A stretch of DNA of 63,828 bases, the filler included, from Lenisia limosa (Eukaryota; Protista; Breviatea): NCBI GenBank assembly GCA_001655205.1. It is 12 parts of 12 records of this genome, joined end to end, with 100 filler letters (N's around TTAATTAATTAA, not from the genome) between each part and the next. Parts side by side here need not be neighbours in the genome. Positions count along the whole stretch, not along the records: positions 9,702 to 13,397 come from LPNZ01000329.1; positions 13,498 to 23,539 come from LPNZ01004940.1; positions 23,640 to 25,470 come from LPNZ01010361.1; 9 more parts are not named here. One strand, 5' to 3'. A program made the translations under genes and the position numbers. Below are positions 11,849 through 23,749 of this stretch, piece after piece (the first letter of the stretch is position 1; each line of letters begins with the position of its first letter). The notes under the pieces were generated by a model, which saw only the letters and a list, made by a program, of their open reading frames with translations, had not been told where the DNA came from and did no database searches.

Positions 11849-13397
11849 ATGATGAAATACGTTGCTATTTGCCTCATTGCCTTGATTGGTGCCGCTTTTG
11901 CGGTCACCTCTGAGCACCACGCCGAGTTCGCTGAATGGCAGGTGGGAATAACCTTCTGAAAGCCATTTATTTCATTTCTAGCACACCCACGGCATCTTCT
12001 TTGGAGATGTTGACGAGTACGCCTTCCGTCTCCAAGTTTTCAGGTCTGTTCGAATCTTTGACACCGCTCCCCTCCTTCGCCTTGTTGCGTTGATTATGGT
12101 AGTTGAACCTAAGTTATAAAAATTTTGGTGTGATATTCCGTTCTCCGCTGTTTTTTTTCGATGATAACCCTCTTAGCGACAACAAGGCTGAAGTTGCTCG
12201 TCTCAATGCCCTGAACGACGGTGCCACTTACGCTCTCAACAAGCACGCTCACCTTACCAAGGACGAGTTCTCACTCTACTACCTCGGCATGAAGCCCACC
12301 AACAAGGCCCCTGTCGAGAACCTGGTAGGATCTCGAATGTTCTGGTCCGTTATGCGTGGACTTGGAAGGCTGTTGATAGAAAAGGGATTAGTTCAAAGCT
12401 TGCATCGATATTTCACTGGTCTTTTTCGAGACATTAACATGTATACATGGTATAATATATAATGTCGGCCTTTTATTTCATTTCCACTCTAGTGCAGTTT
12501 CAAATGACTTTTCCTCATCTAAAGCAGCACCAGGCTTTTCTCATGTATTTTCACATCGCAGCACAAGGCCACCCGCTCCTCCCATCCCGACCACGTTGAC
12601 TGGCGTGAACTCAACATGGTCACCCCCGTTAAGAACCAAGGTTGGTGGTCAGCTCTATTCTCTCGGACAATTTTTTGTCCGCAAGACATTTTTTTGGATT
12701 AAAATTGTCAGGCCAATTTATTTTGCACAATTCTCGATTTTGATTCCCCATCTTTTTCTGTGTCAAAAGTTTTCAAATTTCACTCTCCAGGCATGTGCGG
12801 CTCCTGCTGGACTTTCTCCACCATCGGTACGCACTGGAATCTGAGAAAGGAAATAAGTAGAAATGAGAATTTGTTGCTTTTTTTTTTTGTGTGTGTTTGG
12901 ATTTTCTTCAGATTACTTGGTTCGTGATGATTAGTTACGCCAAAATTATTTCTTCGTTTTACTCTCTTCCCGCTCCACCTTTAGGGCTTCTCCCTTAAAT
13001 TTGGTCTTTTTTTTTCTTCTTTTCTTCATAAACTTTGCATTTTCATTCCACAGGCTCCATTGAGTCTGCCTGGGCTATTGCTGGCAACCCCCTCGTGTCC
13101 CTTTCTGAGGAGCAGATCAAGGATTGCTCATGGGTGGGGGAGGGGAGGGGGAAGTGTGGATTGTTTAGTGTGTTGAAACTCCCATTCAACAAGCGGGTAA
13201 CCATTTAAACACAATGTAGTAACAACATGGGGCTCCTTCGATGGCTCACAAGCAAGCAACCTATGTTATATATCATGAAACAATCACCAGCCTTTAATAA
13301 CAACATTCTAGGGCTACTTTGATGTCTTCCACAAGCAAAGCAACCAGGGCTGCAACGGAGGTCTCATCACCCCTGCCTTTAACTACATCCTTGAAAT
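11849..13397 (+). CDS. Papain-family (C1A) cysteine protease with signal peptide and I29 prodomain, partial
   Basis: Exons 11849-11941, 11982-12043, 12177-12324, 12562-12640, 12791-12826, 13054-13133 and 13336-13397: DWRELNMVTPVKNQG MCGSCWTFS, SLSEEQIKDCS, QGCNGG. Confidence 0.95.
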
Positions 13398-13567
13398 NNN
13401 NNNNNNNNNNNNNNNNNNNNNNNNNNNNNNNNNNNNNNNNNTTAATTAATTAANNNNNNNNNNNNNNNNNNNNNNNNNNNNNNNNNNNNNNNNNNNNAAA
13501 AAAAAAAAAAAAAAATGGTCGTATAGTTGAAAGAGTTAAAAAGGAGTAAAATTTTCCATGAACCAAC

Positions 13568-14541
13568 TTTTCCATCAATTGTGCGTGCAGCACCATAATA
13601 CTCCAAACACGTTTTGGCATCTTCGTACTCTCCACTATGTAGAAGATAGGCACAAATCATAACACCAGTACGGCCCTGGAAGATTAAAAATGACTGAAGG
13701 GAGAGGGTACCCTACTTTTCCTGCTTTACAATGGATTGCTGCCACATCACCACCATTTTGAAAATGTTCATCCTGAAACGTTGGAAAGCATATGGGGGGG
13801 GGNNNNNNNNNNNNNNNNNNNNNNNNNNCATCAAAGAAGAGGAGAGATACCAGGCAAATGCCAATTTAAAAAAAACAAAAAGCGTATTCACAATGAAATT
13901 ATAGCCCATACCTCTTCCATCGAATTTACTTGATTCATAACCACGCTCAGAACACCTTCAATAATAAGATTGGAAAAATTTTACTCCATTTCCCAGATAA
14001 TATGAAAACCAAAGAGAAACTTCGATATTCAACAAAAAAAAAAAAAAAAAAANNNNNNNNNNNNNNNNNNNNNNNNNNNNNNNNNNNNNNNNNNNNNNNN
14101 NNNNNNNNNNNNNNNNNNNNNNNNNTCATAAAATAAAGATAAATCCTGTTGAGTTCCACTTACAAGTTGTATACACGGAAGGAGTCAGGGTGGTAGTGAT
14201 ACAAAAACCTGGAGTGTGAGAATGAGAAGAAAAACAAAAACAAGGGACTAACTGCTTGACACTCGTAATTGAGTTTCTATACGCCGCTTCTCTTCCTTCT
14301 GAAGGGAATCCCATTGCAATTAGCCTGGGAGTGACATCTAAGAGAGTAAAACATTGAATACTGAAAGCAAATGACACTGTATCTAAAAAAAGTGATTCAG
14401 TATATTATCGTTTTTGGCATAACCGGATACCAAAGGAACCAAAGAGCCCAAGACCGTCTTACAAGTAAGATCAAGGTCAAATCCGTCTCGTTGGAACCTT
14501 CTCTTCTTCTTGCTCACAAGTCTCTTAACAAAAAGAGGCAT
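13568..14541 (-). CDS. PTEN: PTEN/TPTE-like phosphatase, partial
   Basis: MPLFVKRLVSKKKRRFQRDGFDLDLTY, RLIAMGFPSEG..YRN, FRVYNLCSER, AIHCKAGK|GRTGVMICAYLL. Exons 14463-14541, 14253-14337, 14164-14208, 13912-13955, 13716-13772, 13568-13675. Confidence 0.92.
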
Positions 14542-14915
14542 AATAGGCTGAGTGACTGACTCAAAAAGCTCTACATACAACACCTATCTTTTAAAAAATG
14601 AGTTCGAAATGACCTAACTACCCTCCAAATATCCAAATGTTACGGTGTATAACGTCGCAGGGTAAAAACTTGGGGATCTATGAAACTGAACCATTTGAAC
14701 TTATTTTTAATGCATCAATAATCTGGGGGTATATTCACCCTAGAAATAGAAAGTTTCCTTTTCAGGTCCTTTCAGTTCCTTTTGCAGGTCCTTTAGACCA
14801 ATTTAAGGCAGAGGAAGCAGAGAAGGTTGAGGAGAGAAGGAAGCAGCAAACACCATTGTCAAAACCATTGTTGTCGGCTGCAGGTGCAAAGTTGCTCTGG
14901 CTTTCACAATCCACA

Positions 14916-15844
14916 ATGTCAAATTGGTTTAAGGCATTTGATTTTGGGTGCAGGTGTATGATGACGAGATGGTCAGCATTAAGAATTGCAGTAGAGTATA
15001 GGTTTGTGGAAATAACTTTACTCTTTAGTTTTGGTGGAATTAGCTCAAAAGACAAGGCCAATGATCTGACAGATGATGTTGTGTTCTTATTTAAAGAGAG
15101 TTTTTTGTTAAGACTTATCCAGATGAACAACTCTATCCTGATGAAATTGCGGATTTTTTAGACCAGCAGATGGACCAGCTTTTTAGAACAACATTAGAAG
15201 ACGGTTCTGCGGATGATGTTTGTCTTTTTAATTAATTACTTTTATTCATCCTCAAGCTTGCAGTCAAATTATGTGACCTGTACGATGATTGTAAAAGGGG
15301 GGACTTCACCAAGGCAACACAATTAAGAGACTCACTTCCTCCCCCACCTTCAACTGCGCCTTCCCTTCAAAAGGTGAATTTGGACACAATATACAAGGTC
15401 AAGAACGTTTTGGATTTTTTGTTTTTGTAATCTATCTCCGATTCTTATGCAATAGATGTGATGCACTCAGGAACATTATGCAACAGTGCTTTTTGTACTG
15501 ACATACACTCACACCATTCTTATTCCAAATAATTATCCCAATATTTATCAACTTCTGAATGGGTACCTCAAGTGTAAGGGATTTTTTCGAACATTTCAGA
15601 ACCTTTTGGAAATATCAAAAGGTCCCTCCTCTACCTATGCTTCCTCAATTTTTCTATTTTTCGACGCCATTTTTTGAATAAAAAAAGTTTCAAAATTAGG
15701 TGTTGAGTTAAGGGGAGAATATAAAATGTTAGGATTTTTTGAGCTGGAGGTACCCATCAGGTTTCTTATTATTCCATACTAACCTCATAGAAAGAGGATA
15801 GCTCTGATGAAGAAAGTGAAGGCGACATGGATGAAGAGAATTAA
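14916..15844 (+). CDS. TSR2: Pre-rRNA-processing protein TSR2
   Basis: After removing introns 15002-15028, 15100-15122, 15218-15256 and 15374-15790: WSALRIAVEYSFGGISSKDKA...FKENEQLYPDEIADFL...FRTTLEDGSADDLAVKL, ending in an acidic tail and TAA. Confidence 0.88.
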
Positions 15845-16361
15845 ACTATATTTGAGGTAAAATATACAACTGGCACTCCGATCCCACCGGTGTCTCACAT
15901 CCAAGAGTCACGAGTGGGTTAAGGGTGTACAACTGGTAGTTCTGTTTTTGTCAGGGTTTTGAGTTTTTGTATTGAATACAAGACAAGAGAAACAAACACA
16001 TTAGGTTGGACCATATGTCGGAGAAGCACTTGAAGCGTTTTGGGTCCTCATCCTCTCATCCTCTCTGAGGAGGTGCAGGGGCCCAAGGCGGTGGGGGGTC
16101 GAGGTCCCGAATATTTTGATTTTTTTAGGCTCGGATTTAAGTCAGGATTTTCATCGTTTTTCAACTAATGACATTTTTAATATCTGTGTAAACAACTTTA
16201 ATACTTGAATCATATTTTTTTATAAAAAAGAGATAGAGGAAGCATGTACGGAAGAGCTTTATACTATAAATTTCAAAGTGCTCTCGAGCAAGTGATAATG
16301 GTCCACCCACAAATGGGTTTTTGGAATTTTGCTATATTTTGGGTCCACCCCTAGGAGAATT

Positions 16362-16470
16362 ATGTATAGATATGGGGACCTCTTTTCAAATCAATCAAAG
16401 TTATAAAGTTGTTTAATTTGTAATTGAAGTGAATGAGGTGTCATTTGAAAGGGGGTCCCCATATATACAT
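16362..16470. repeat. Isolated ~29-bp inverted repeat (hairpin/MITE-like)
   Basis: ATGTATAGATATGGGGACCTCTTTTCAAAT is near-complementary to ATTTGAAAGGGGGTCCCCATATATACAT. Confidence 0.7.
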
Positions 16471-16513
16471 GTATATAGATATATAGTATATTATTCTATA
16501 TTATTCCTCCTAG

Positions 16514-16718
16514 CCTGGTCAGAGCTAGAAGCAAGACAGGTCATGAAGGGTAATTCGGATGAATTATGAAATACAAAGGCTTCACTGACCAAATTACTGG
16601 GTTCCCTCCGAGTATTTTCTTGAAATTTTCTGTTATAAGTTGAAGATGGTCAGACAGAACAGGAATAATATTGTTAGTGCTACTCTATCAAATGAAAATG
16701 ATGGCCACTTCTTCAAAA
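16514..16718 (+). CDS. Possible short-exon gene fragment, unknown
   Basis: Chain WSELEARQ|ASLTKLLGSLR|LKMVRQNRNNIVSATLSNENDGHFFK using small GT-AG introns; no start, stop or homology recognised. Confidence 0.25.
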
Positions 16719-16769
16719 GTAGAGATTTGGGGGTTTTGTTCTTGAAAGCACCATATCATATATATATAT

Positions 16770-16950
16770 AATGAGAAATAAATAATAAGGATGTATCTGG
16801 AGGTGTTTTGTATATCATATATCATTGTATCTGGCCGAAGCCGTCCTATCGGGCTCATAAGAGATATTGGACTATAGTAAAATATTTATTCACCCAATCA
16901 TTTGCCTTACAACTCTGTGCTCACAGCTTTCTGCGTGCCTCCCCAGCATA
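16770..16950 (+). mobile_element. Family C repeat, near full length
   Basis: AATGAGAAATAAA..TGTATCTGGCCGAAGCCGTCC..ATAAGAGATATTGG..TTCACCCAATCATTTGCCTTACAACTCTGTGCTCACAGCTTTCTGCGTGCCTCCCCAGCATA. Confidence 0.75.
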
Positions 16951-17161
16951 CGCGCCATATACTACATACACGGCATACTCTACCGCGCGGTTTTAAAGAA
17001 CAGTTTTGATTTTGCGGTTAGTTTTATTGGACTGGGGGGGGGGGGGNNNNNNNNNNNNNNNNNNNNNNNNNNNNNNNNNNNNNNNNNNNNNNNNNNNNNN
17101 NNNNNNNNNNNNNNNNNNNNNNNNNTCTCAGTAAAATACAACCTTCTACCATCTCTTCGGC

Positions 17162-18534
17162 TTAGTTGGTCTTCTTCTTAGCCTTAGCAGACCGCTTCTT
17201 GAGGTAGCTGTCAACATAGAACATGGAGAAGAGAGCAAGGAACGAGAAACCAACAACCTAACTCAGTCAAGACAAGTCATTAAACGTCTTACCTGGATAA
17301 AAGCGACCACATATCCATTACTGTTACAACCATCAACTGAGTTGTAGTACGTCCTAAAATGTAAAATAAACTTACTTTCCGAGCAAGTCAACAAAAGTCA
17401 AAGTAAGTAAGAAAATGTGTTCAAACAAACCAGTAGAAAGAACCAGTAAGGCCTGTGATAAATTGAATAATTTGCATTTGTGTCAAATAGCGCTAAACAG
17501 TTAAATAAGAAGAAGAAAAGGTTAATAATAGGACAACATGACCAACCTTCCACCAGAATGAGTAGCCAAGAGTGGCAGCGGCGTAGTAGATGTACATCAC
17601 AGTGTGGATAAAAGAATTCAAGATAGTGATGATCCATGAAGTGGTGATCACATGGAATGGGAACACAATATAGGTACAGATAACCTATGAAATTAAAATA
17701 AATACAAATCATCATTGGTGAATTCCCAGGCAACCATGATCCAATGATGGTACACATGGAGCTTGAGAAGAGTCTTCTTCCGGAAGCAAAGGATGATAGT
17801 GTCAACCTAAAAGAGGAGTAAGTAAAACATTTGCCAATATTCATATTAATATATAAGCTAAGTAATTTGTTTTGACGCATCCCTCTGTCTCATTTTGCAT
17901 CCCAGATTTTATTTTATTTGATGTATTTTCTTGCTATCGAAGTATGTAATCCCCACCCCAGCACACAAGTTCATAATACTTGGAAAGATGATAGATGTAG
18001 ATCCAATAACCAAAGCTGCCAGTCCAATAGTTATGTGACTTCTCACACATCATTGCATGGAGACCATCAACCTGGATAGGGTCAATTGCTTCTAAAAGAT
18101 TATAAAAAAACGCCCCATCACCTCAATAAGGTCCAAAACACTCTTCGATAATCCGAAGAGCATTGCAATGGAGATGATGGTGAGATTCACGTTGTGAACA
18201 AACGACACATACTTCAAGCTCAAAGGCTCTTTGTTAGCCATGTATTTCTGTTGGTGGTAAGGCAAATAAAACTAAAACTTTGCTTCATCATAGACACTAC
18301 CTGAATAAGCCAGAGCATGGGCATGTAAAGAAGTGAGCCAGCAATCGGGTACCAAATGCTCATGAATGGGGTGGTGTCCATTCCATCATATACAAACGTT
18401 GAAGGATCAATGATGAACCCCATCAGCCGGGAAAAGTCATTTCCAACACCTGGGAGAAAATAAAAAGAGTTGGCAACAAACAACGAAAAAAAAAAAAAAA
18501 AATCTTACATACTTTCAATAAGTACATCCATCAT
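17162..18534 (-). CDS. Fatty-acid elongase (ELO/GNS1/SUR4 family), complete
   Basis: LSKYYELVDT, LHVYHH, NSFIHTVMYIYY and YLTQMQIIQF motifs; C-terminal KKKTN* ER-retrieval signal. Confidence 0.93.
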
Positions 18535-18989
18535 TGGGGTCACACAGGTCAAAAAAGTGTTTAGTTTATAAAATTTCGCGACGCAAATTGGTGCGCGCCG
18601 CCGGATCTAGATCGTCCAGGCACAGGGTCCGGGCCCGTCTTTTCCCGGTCCGGAACAAACAAAGAGGTCCGCCGCGCAATAGTACTTGGCGCGTGCGTGG
18701 AGGTTGTTCCTACCGCGCCATTCCCCTTTCCACAACAGTTCCCATCTGAACAAACTCCTCGGCTGTTCACAAGGTTATTTTCAGAGTGGTTCCCACAGTT
18801 CTCGTTATTCAGTCGTTATTTATTTGCTATTTAAATATGTAATAGCTTGACCTTCATTGACCCTGGCCGCCACTAAATCCGCGCACCCCCCTACATTATC
18901 CATGACTTTTCGCTTGTTGACAGTTGTTGACACTTAGCGTGCACTTAACCAACCAACAACATCATTTTGATCAGTATTTACCTTCAAAA

Positions 18990-20510
18990 ATGTCTCCCCC
19001 ATTACAGCCGAGGATACCTCCAAAACCTATAAGAGAGGTATGTTGTAATAATGTTATAGAGGCAGGGATGTTTGGGAATTTCTAATGTGCATAGGTTATT
19101 TCTCGTGTTGGAGAAATTGATGGAAATGAACTTGATGACAACTTAGTTGCCGAGGCTTCAAGTTCGCTTGGCTCCCATATTGCTTCTCTAGTAAGCATTC
19201 ACTCTCCGTTTTATTTCCAGGGCCTTCTTGCTACCCCCCTCCACACAACAATTGTTCCCCTACTCTCTTCTCTTGCTATGTCAGTAGCCATGTTCTCTGG
19301 AGAGTCCTCTTTTGGCCAGGGCCTAATGGTTGGTAGTCTAGTTGTTGTTATAAATATAAAAAATTGATATTTATATTCAGGGTATGAAGTACATAAACAC
19401 GAGGGCTCCTAAAATTCAAGGGCAATATCCAGGACAACGTATGCCTCTTCCATTCAAATTCTGAATTAATCCTTTTAGCATGGTATTCCCCAACGAATGC
19501 TCAAAGAGCCATTCTTTCTACAACCCCTCTCATTCCTGTGCTCTGGGGACTTCTGATAAATACTTTCCCAAGACCGCAAAGGGTATGAAACCAATGAGTA
19601 TTTAGAGTGTAGCATGCGCTGACGTACAAAATTGCTGATGAATGGACCTTTCTATGGAATTCAGTCAAGTCTCTAACCAAAAAAGTGAATTGGCGATCGA
19701 AGAATACTCTCTAACAGTCAAGGTTTCTGACGCTGTCACATCAGATCTCCTTGAAGCTGCAAATATTCTCTCATCCACAACGAATGAAACTGATCCTGAA
19801 GATCCCACAAAGTCAAGTCACAAAAGCTCCCAAGATTTTTTAGGTGAGGAATGAGTTGATTTGGTAATGTTAATATTTAAAAGAACCCCCAAACTGAAAG
19901 CAATAATTCTCTAGAAGACAACGAACCATATTGGGAATGGGTGAAGTCCTTAGCGCTTCGAGCTGCCAATATATTAGGGAATGCTGAAAGAGGTATTCAT
20001 TCCTTGTTTTGTTTAATTTTTGAGTTGAGTTGTTATAACTCTTTAGGAGATGTTGGAGTAGCGCTGTGGTACTTTGAGCGAGTTATCACCGTTTTTGTTT
20101 TTATCAATATGGCAGCTTATATTGCAACAGGAAAGTTAGAAGGGTAGCTAATGGTTTAACAATATTGTAATATTCTCTTTATGTTTCAGTTTTGTGAAAC
20201 GTTTGGCTAATCGTTTAGATATCGTACTCTTCTTCAGAGAGCAATTGGACTCCGAGTTGTCCCTGGAGTGCGATCAGGGTCTAGTGCAGGTTCTGCACTT
20301 GTTACTTTGAGGCACTTGTTGTGGACTGTTTTTTCAGTAAGGCGGTGAAGATTCCAATAAGGTGTTTCCGTTCTTTTTTTATTATTTTGCAAAAACTAGT
20401 GAAAAGAAGTAATTAAACCGAGATTGAAATGGTCAAGGGAGGTAGTGATAAAGCATGCTATTGCGCTATTGCTTCAGAAACAATATGCTCGTCGTAAAAT
20501 ACATTAAGTA
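18990..20510 (+). CDS. Multi-exon gene, unknown helical protein (possibly continuous with the RING exons)
   Basis: ATG 18990 MSPPLQPRIPPK; successive GT-AG exons e.g. VISRVGEIDG, GLLATPLHTT, WYSPTNAQRAIL, YWEWVKSLALRAANILG, GDVGVALWYFERVIT. The 3' structure is unresolved. Confidence 0.55.
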
Positions 20511-21044
20511 GATTTGAGAGAAAGAGAGGGTGTTCAAAAGAAGGCAAGGGAAAGCAAAGCAAAATAACTCTTTATGCTCTTCCCCTGTTTGCCGACCTCT
20601 TACATACAATAATGAAGGAGCAGTCCGTGATTTTTCCTGGCGCTTACAGTTCTTCCCAACCGAAAATACCCTTGCCTCCGGGTTCGAGTTCTTCTTCTGT
20701 TCGCTAATGAGCTTGTCTCGCGGAAGTTACTGGTGTACTCCATTGTATGTTCAAGCTGGAACAGCTCTTATTAGCTCTGTCAGAAAAACCCGAAGCGGAA
20801 GGTGTAATTTTCCCAGAGGGTCATTTACGCAGTTGTTTCAATTGCAAAATCAAAAAAGAACTGAACCACCTTCAAAAATTACAATGAACAATGAACATCT
20901 GTTTTATTAACAAAGGATGTGCTTTTGGCCCTATTTCCAATTGTTCGAACTTTGCGGTTACCAAATGCGCTCAAATACTTCAAGCCAAAGCCGTAAGTTG
21001 CTTTCTCTTTTGCTATTATGACGTGCATTTTTCATTGCGTTTAG

Positions 21045-21298
21045 TGAAGGAAGACCCCCATTTTCATGTGCTCTCTGTGGAAAAACTCGTCCCATCCACC
21101 CAGTTGAATCGTCCTATCAAGGTAATTAACATTTGTAAACATTTGATTAACTGAAAAGGACACAAGATTTGTGACCATGTGTTTTGTCATGTCTGCTTAG
21201 AGTCTTTGGATGGACAATCTTGTCGTATAGTAAGAAATAAAGTAGCCGTACTCATGCTCCAGTGTGATTGCTATGTGAGCAACCCGATTCCAGCTTCG
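21045..21298 (+). CDS. C3HC4 RING-finger exons
   Basis: Exons 21045-21121, 21159-21229 and 21263-21298 give CALC...CDHVFCHVC...CRIC. Confidence 0.75.
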
Positions 21299-21371
21299 GT
21301 AAGATAATAACAATCCTGAAGATTGGGATTATAAACTCAATATTGCACCGTCAATGTTGTTATTTTGAGAA

Positions 21372-21920
21372 CTATGTACACTCTCCATAAAAACACCGAT
21401 CCAGGCTGAGGAGTCCACAATAGATAGCAAGAGCATCCTCAGCAGTATGAGGAGTGCCCAATACTCTGTGAGTTATTAGACCAATCAAGAACTGAGTCTG
21501 AAAATAAGTACCAAGGCTTTCACAGTAGTATATTTTTGCACGACACTTGTGATGGCGTTCTCTTCCAGCAACGCCAAATGAAAGTCCTTTGGACTTCAAA
21601 AGTCATGAAACAATAAATATTGTTTACCACCCCATATACACAACAGGACCGTCCGTTTCAGCTTGTTCAAGACACCAACTACTAAAATCCTCCTGCTTTC
21701 GGTGTGCCTGGACAACATGAAACATATCACTGGAAAAAAAATAAATATATCACTGGAGAACATTCCCATCACAGATGTTAAACAGGTACCAATGCCAACC
21801 AATTCAAATGTGAGGTTGGCAGCTCTTGTTTGAAGTAATTCGTCAGACAAGTTAACCACAGAATCTGCTTCAATAAAACAGAGAATAAAGATACCTTACC
21901 ATTAACCATCATATTGATAA
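21372..21920 (-). CDS. Possible gene fragment, unknown
   Basis: Open segments such as HRVLGTPHTAEDALAIYCGLLSLDRCFYGECT* and LLQTRAANLTFELVGIG; splice structure not resolved. Confidence 0.3.
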
Positions 21921-22404
21921 CTTGAGCGTTGATCTGTTAAGTCTAAAAAAAAGTCAATTTGTAGGAAAACAAAATGGTATATCGCCATAAACAAGAGGTT
22001 TTTGTTTTGAGTTTATTTAGTAGATATTGAGCTTTATCTTTAATCAACCGTGTCAGGACTTATAAAGTCGGTCACTGTATGTATATGTAGAAATGAGAAA
22101 TAAAAAGGAAGCAGTGCAAAATCCGGCTTTTCAAAAGGATGGTCGTTGTTTTTTCAAACTTCGACCCCAAACTAAATTGTAAACTTTGACAATTTTGGAT
22201 AACAGCTCTGTTTCACCAAGTAGAGATCACCACCATTTTCATGACATCTTGGTTCTCTCGAAAAGTTCATCTTATTGAAATCACTAAATACAATATATTT
22301 ACGACGTTAAAGCGAGATGTGCATCGAACTTTTTGGATTCGAGTCAAAAAAAAAACAGACCTGCGGCAAATGGAACCCGCGCGACAAGACAAAAGAAAAA
22401 AAAA

Positions 22405-22456
22405 TACCACATCCGGGAGTCGAACCCGGGCCGTCTGCTTGGAAGGCAGAAATCCT
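22405..22456 (-). tRNA. tRNA-Gly(UCC), 5' part lost in N gap
   Basis: Anticodon arm TCTGC-CTTCCAA-GCAGA, T arm CCGGG-TTCGACT-CCCGG, followed by an oligo-T terminator. Confidence 0.88.
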
Positions 22457-22904
22457 NNNNNNNNNNNNNNNNNNNNNNNNNNNNNNNNNNNNNNNNNNNN
22501 NNNNNNNNNNNNNNNNNNNNNNNNNNNNNNNNNNNNNNNNNNNNNNNNNNNNNNNNNNNNNNNNNNNNNNNNNNNNNNNNNNNNNNNNNNNNNNNNNNNN
22601 NNNNNNNNNNNNNNNNNNNNNNNNNNNNNNNNNNNNNNNNNNNNNNNNNNNNNNNTGATAAATACATTTTTGTCCTTTCAAAAACCACCCCCCCTCTTTT
22701 CCCCCATTTACGACACTGAAGGCCTTGGTATCCTCCATGCCCTAGTCATCGCCCGTATCTCACCTCCAAGCATCTCACCAACCTCACCTTTGTCTTTCAA
22801 CTTCAACCCCACCTTACCAACTTCACCTTTTCCTCAACCTAAATTGATACATCTACATGCTTGTTGCACCTCACTAAATTGATATATCTACATGCTTGTT
22901 GCAC

Positions 22905-23539
22905 CTCCCTAACCTCACCATTTTGGCCTCACCCACCCTACCAACTTTACCTTTTCTTTCCCTCATACCTCCACCTATTCGATTTACAACAATTGAATAT
23001 CATCCCTATTACATTATTATGTGACAGGTGAAACCCGTAATACGGTTTGCACTCCAAGTGCCCAGATCACCCGCCGCGTCACCAATGATGTGATCACCAT
23101 CCCGCCGCCTCGCTCTAGTCTGTTTAACCGCTGCCCAGACCGCCCACCGCCCCGCTCCAGCAGAGATCACCCTCCATCCAGTCCGTCCCCGTCCACTCCG
23201 CCGCCGCTCTCAGTACAGTACAGTTAAAAAACAAGAAATACAGAGGGTACAGATATACATCAAAGCTTCTGCTGAGGCGGTTGGGGAGGGGGGAGATGAT
23301 CAACTGATCGACAAATTAGGCGGCAGTGGCGGCGAGGGCGAAAGGCATGACGAGATATTTGGCGGGCATGGGGGATCTAGGCACTAATAAGTGCAAAACC
23401 TTTTTACGGGTTTCACCTATTTCATGGAATAGGGATAGTATTCAATTGATGTAAATCGAATAGGTGGCGGTATGAGGGTAAGAGAGTGAAGCTGATAAGG
23501 TGGTTAGGGGTGAGGCTCGAAAATAAAGGTGAAGTTAGT
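22905..23539. mobile_element. Large imperfect foldback (inverted-repeat) element
   Basis: 22905-23070 is the reverse complement of about 23370-23539 (e.g. CCCTCATACCTCCACCTATTCGATTTAC vs GTAAATCGAATAGGTGGCGGTATGAGGG), around a GC-rich core. Confidence 0.7.
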
Positions 23540-23641
23540 NNNNNNNNNNNNNNNNNNNNNNNNNNNNNNNNNNNNNNNNNNNNTTAATTAATTAANNNNN
23601 NNNNNNNNNNNNNNNNNNNNNNNNNNNNNNNNNNNNNNNAC

Positions 23642-23727
23642 CAGAGGGAAAAGAGACTATCCATTCCTCCTACTATTACAGCTCATTTTATAATTTTCTC
23701 TTTTTTTAATAGTCTCTTTTCCCTCTG
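23642..23727. repeat. 19-bp inverted repeat hairpin
   Basis: CAGAGGGAAAAGAGACTAT ... ATAGTCTCTTTTCCCTCTG. Confidence 0.75.
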
Positions 23728-23749
23728 TTTCAAACGTTTACATTTCTTA

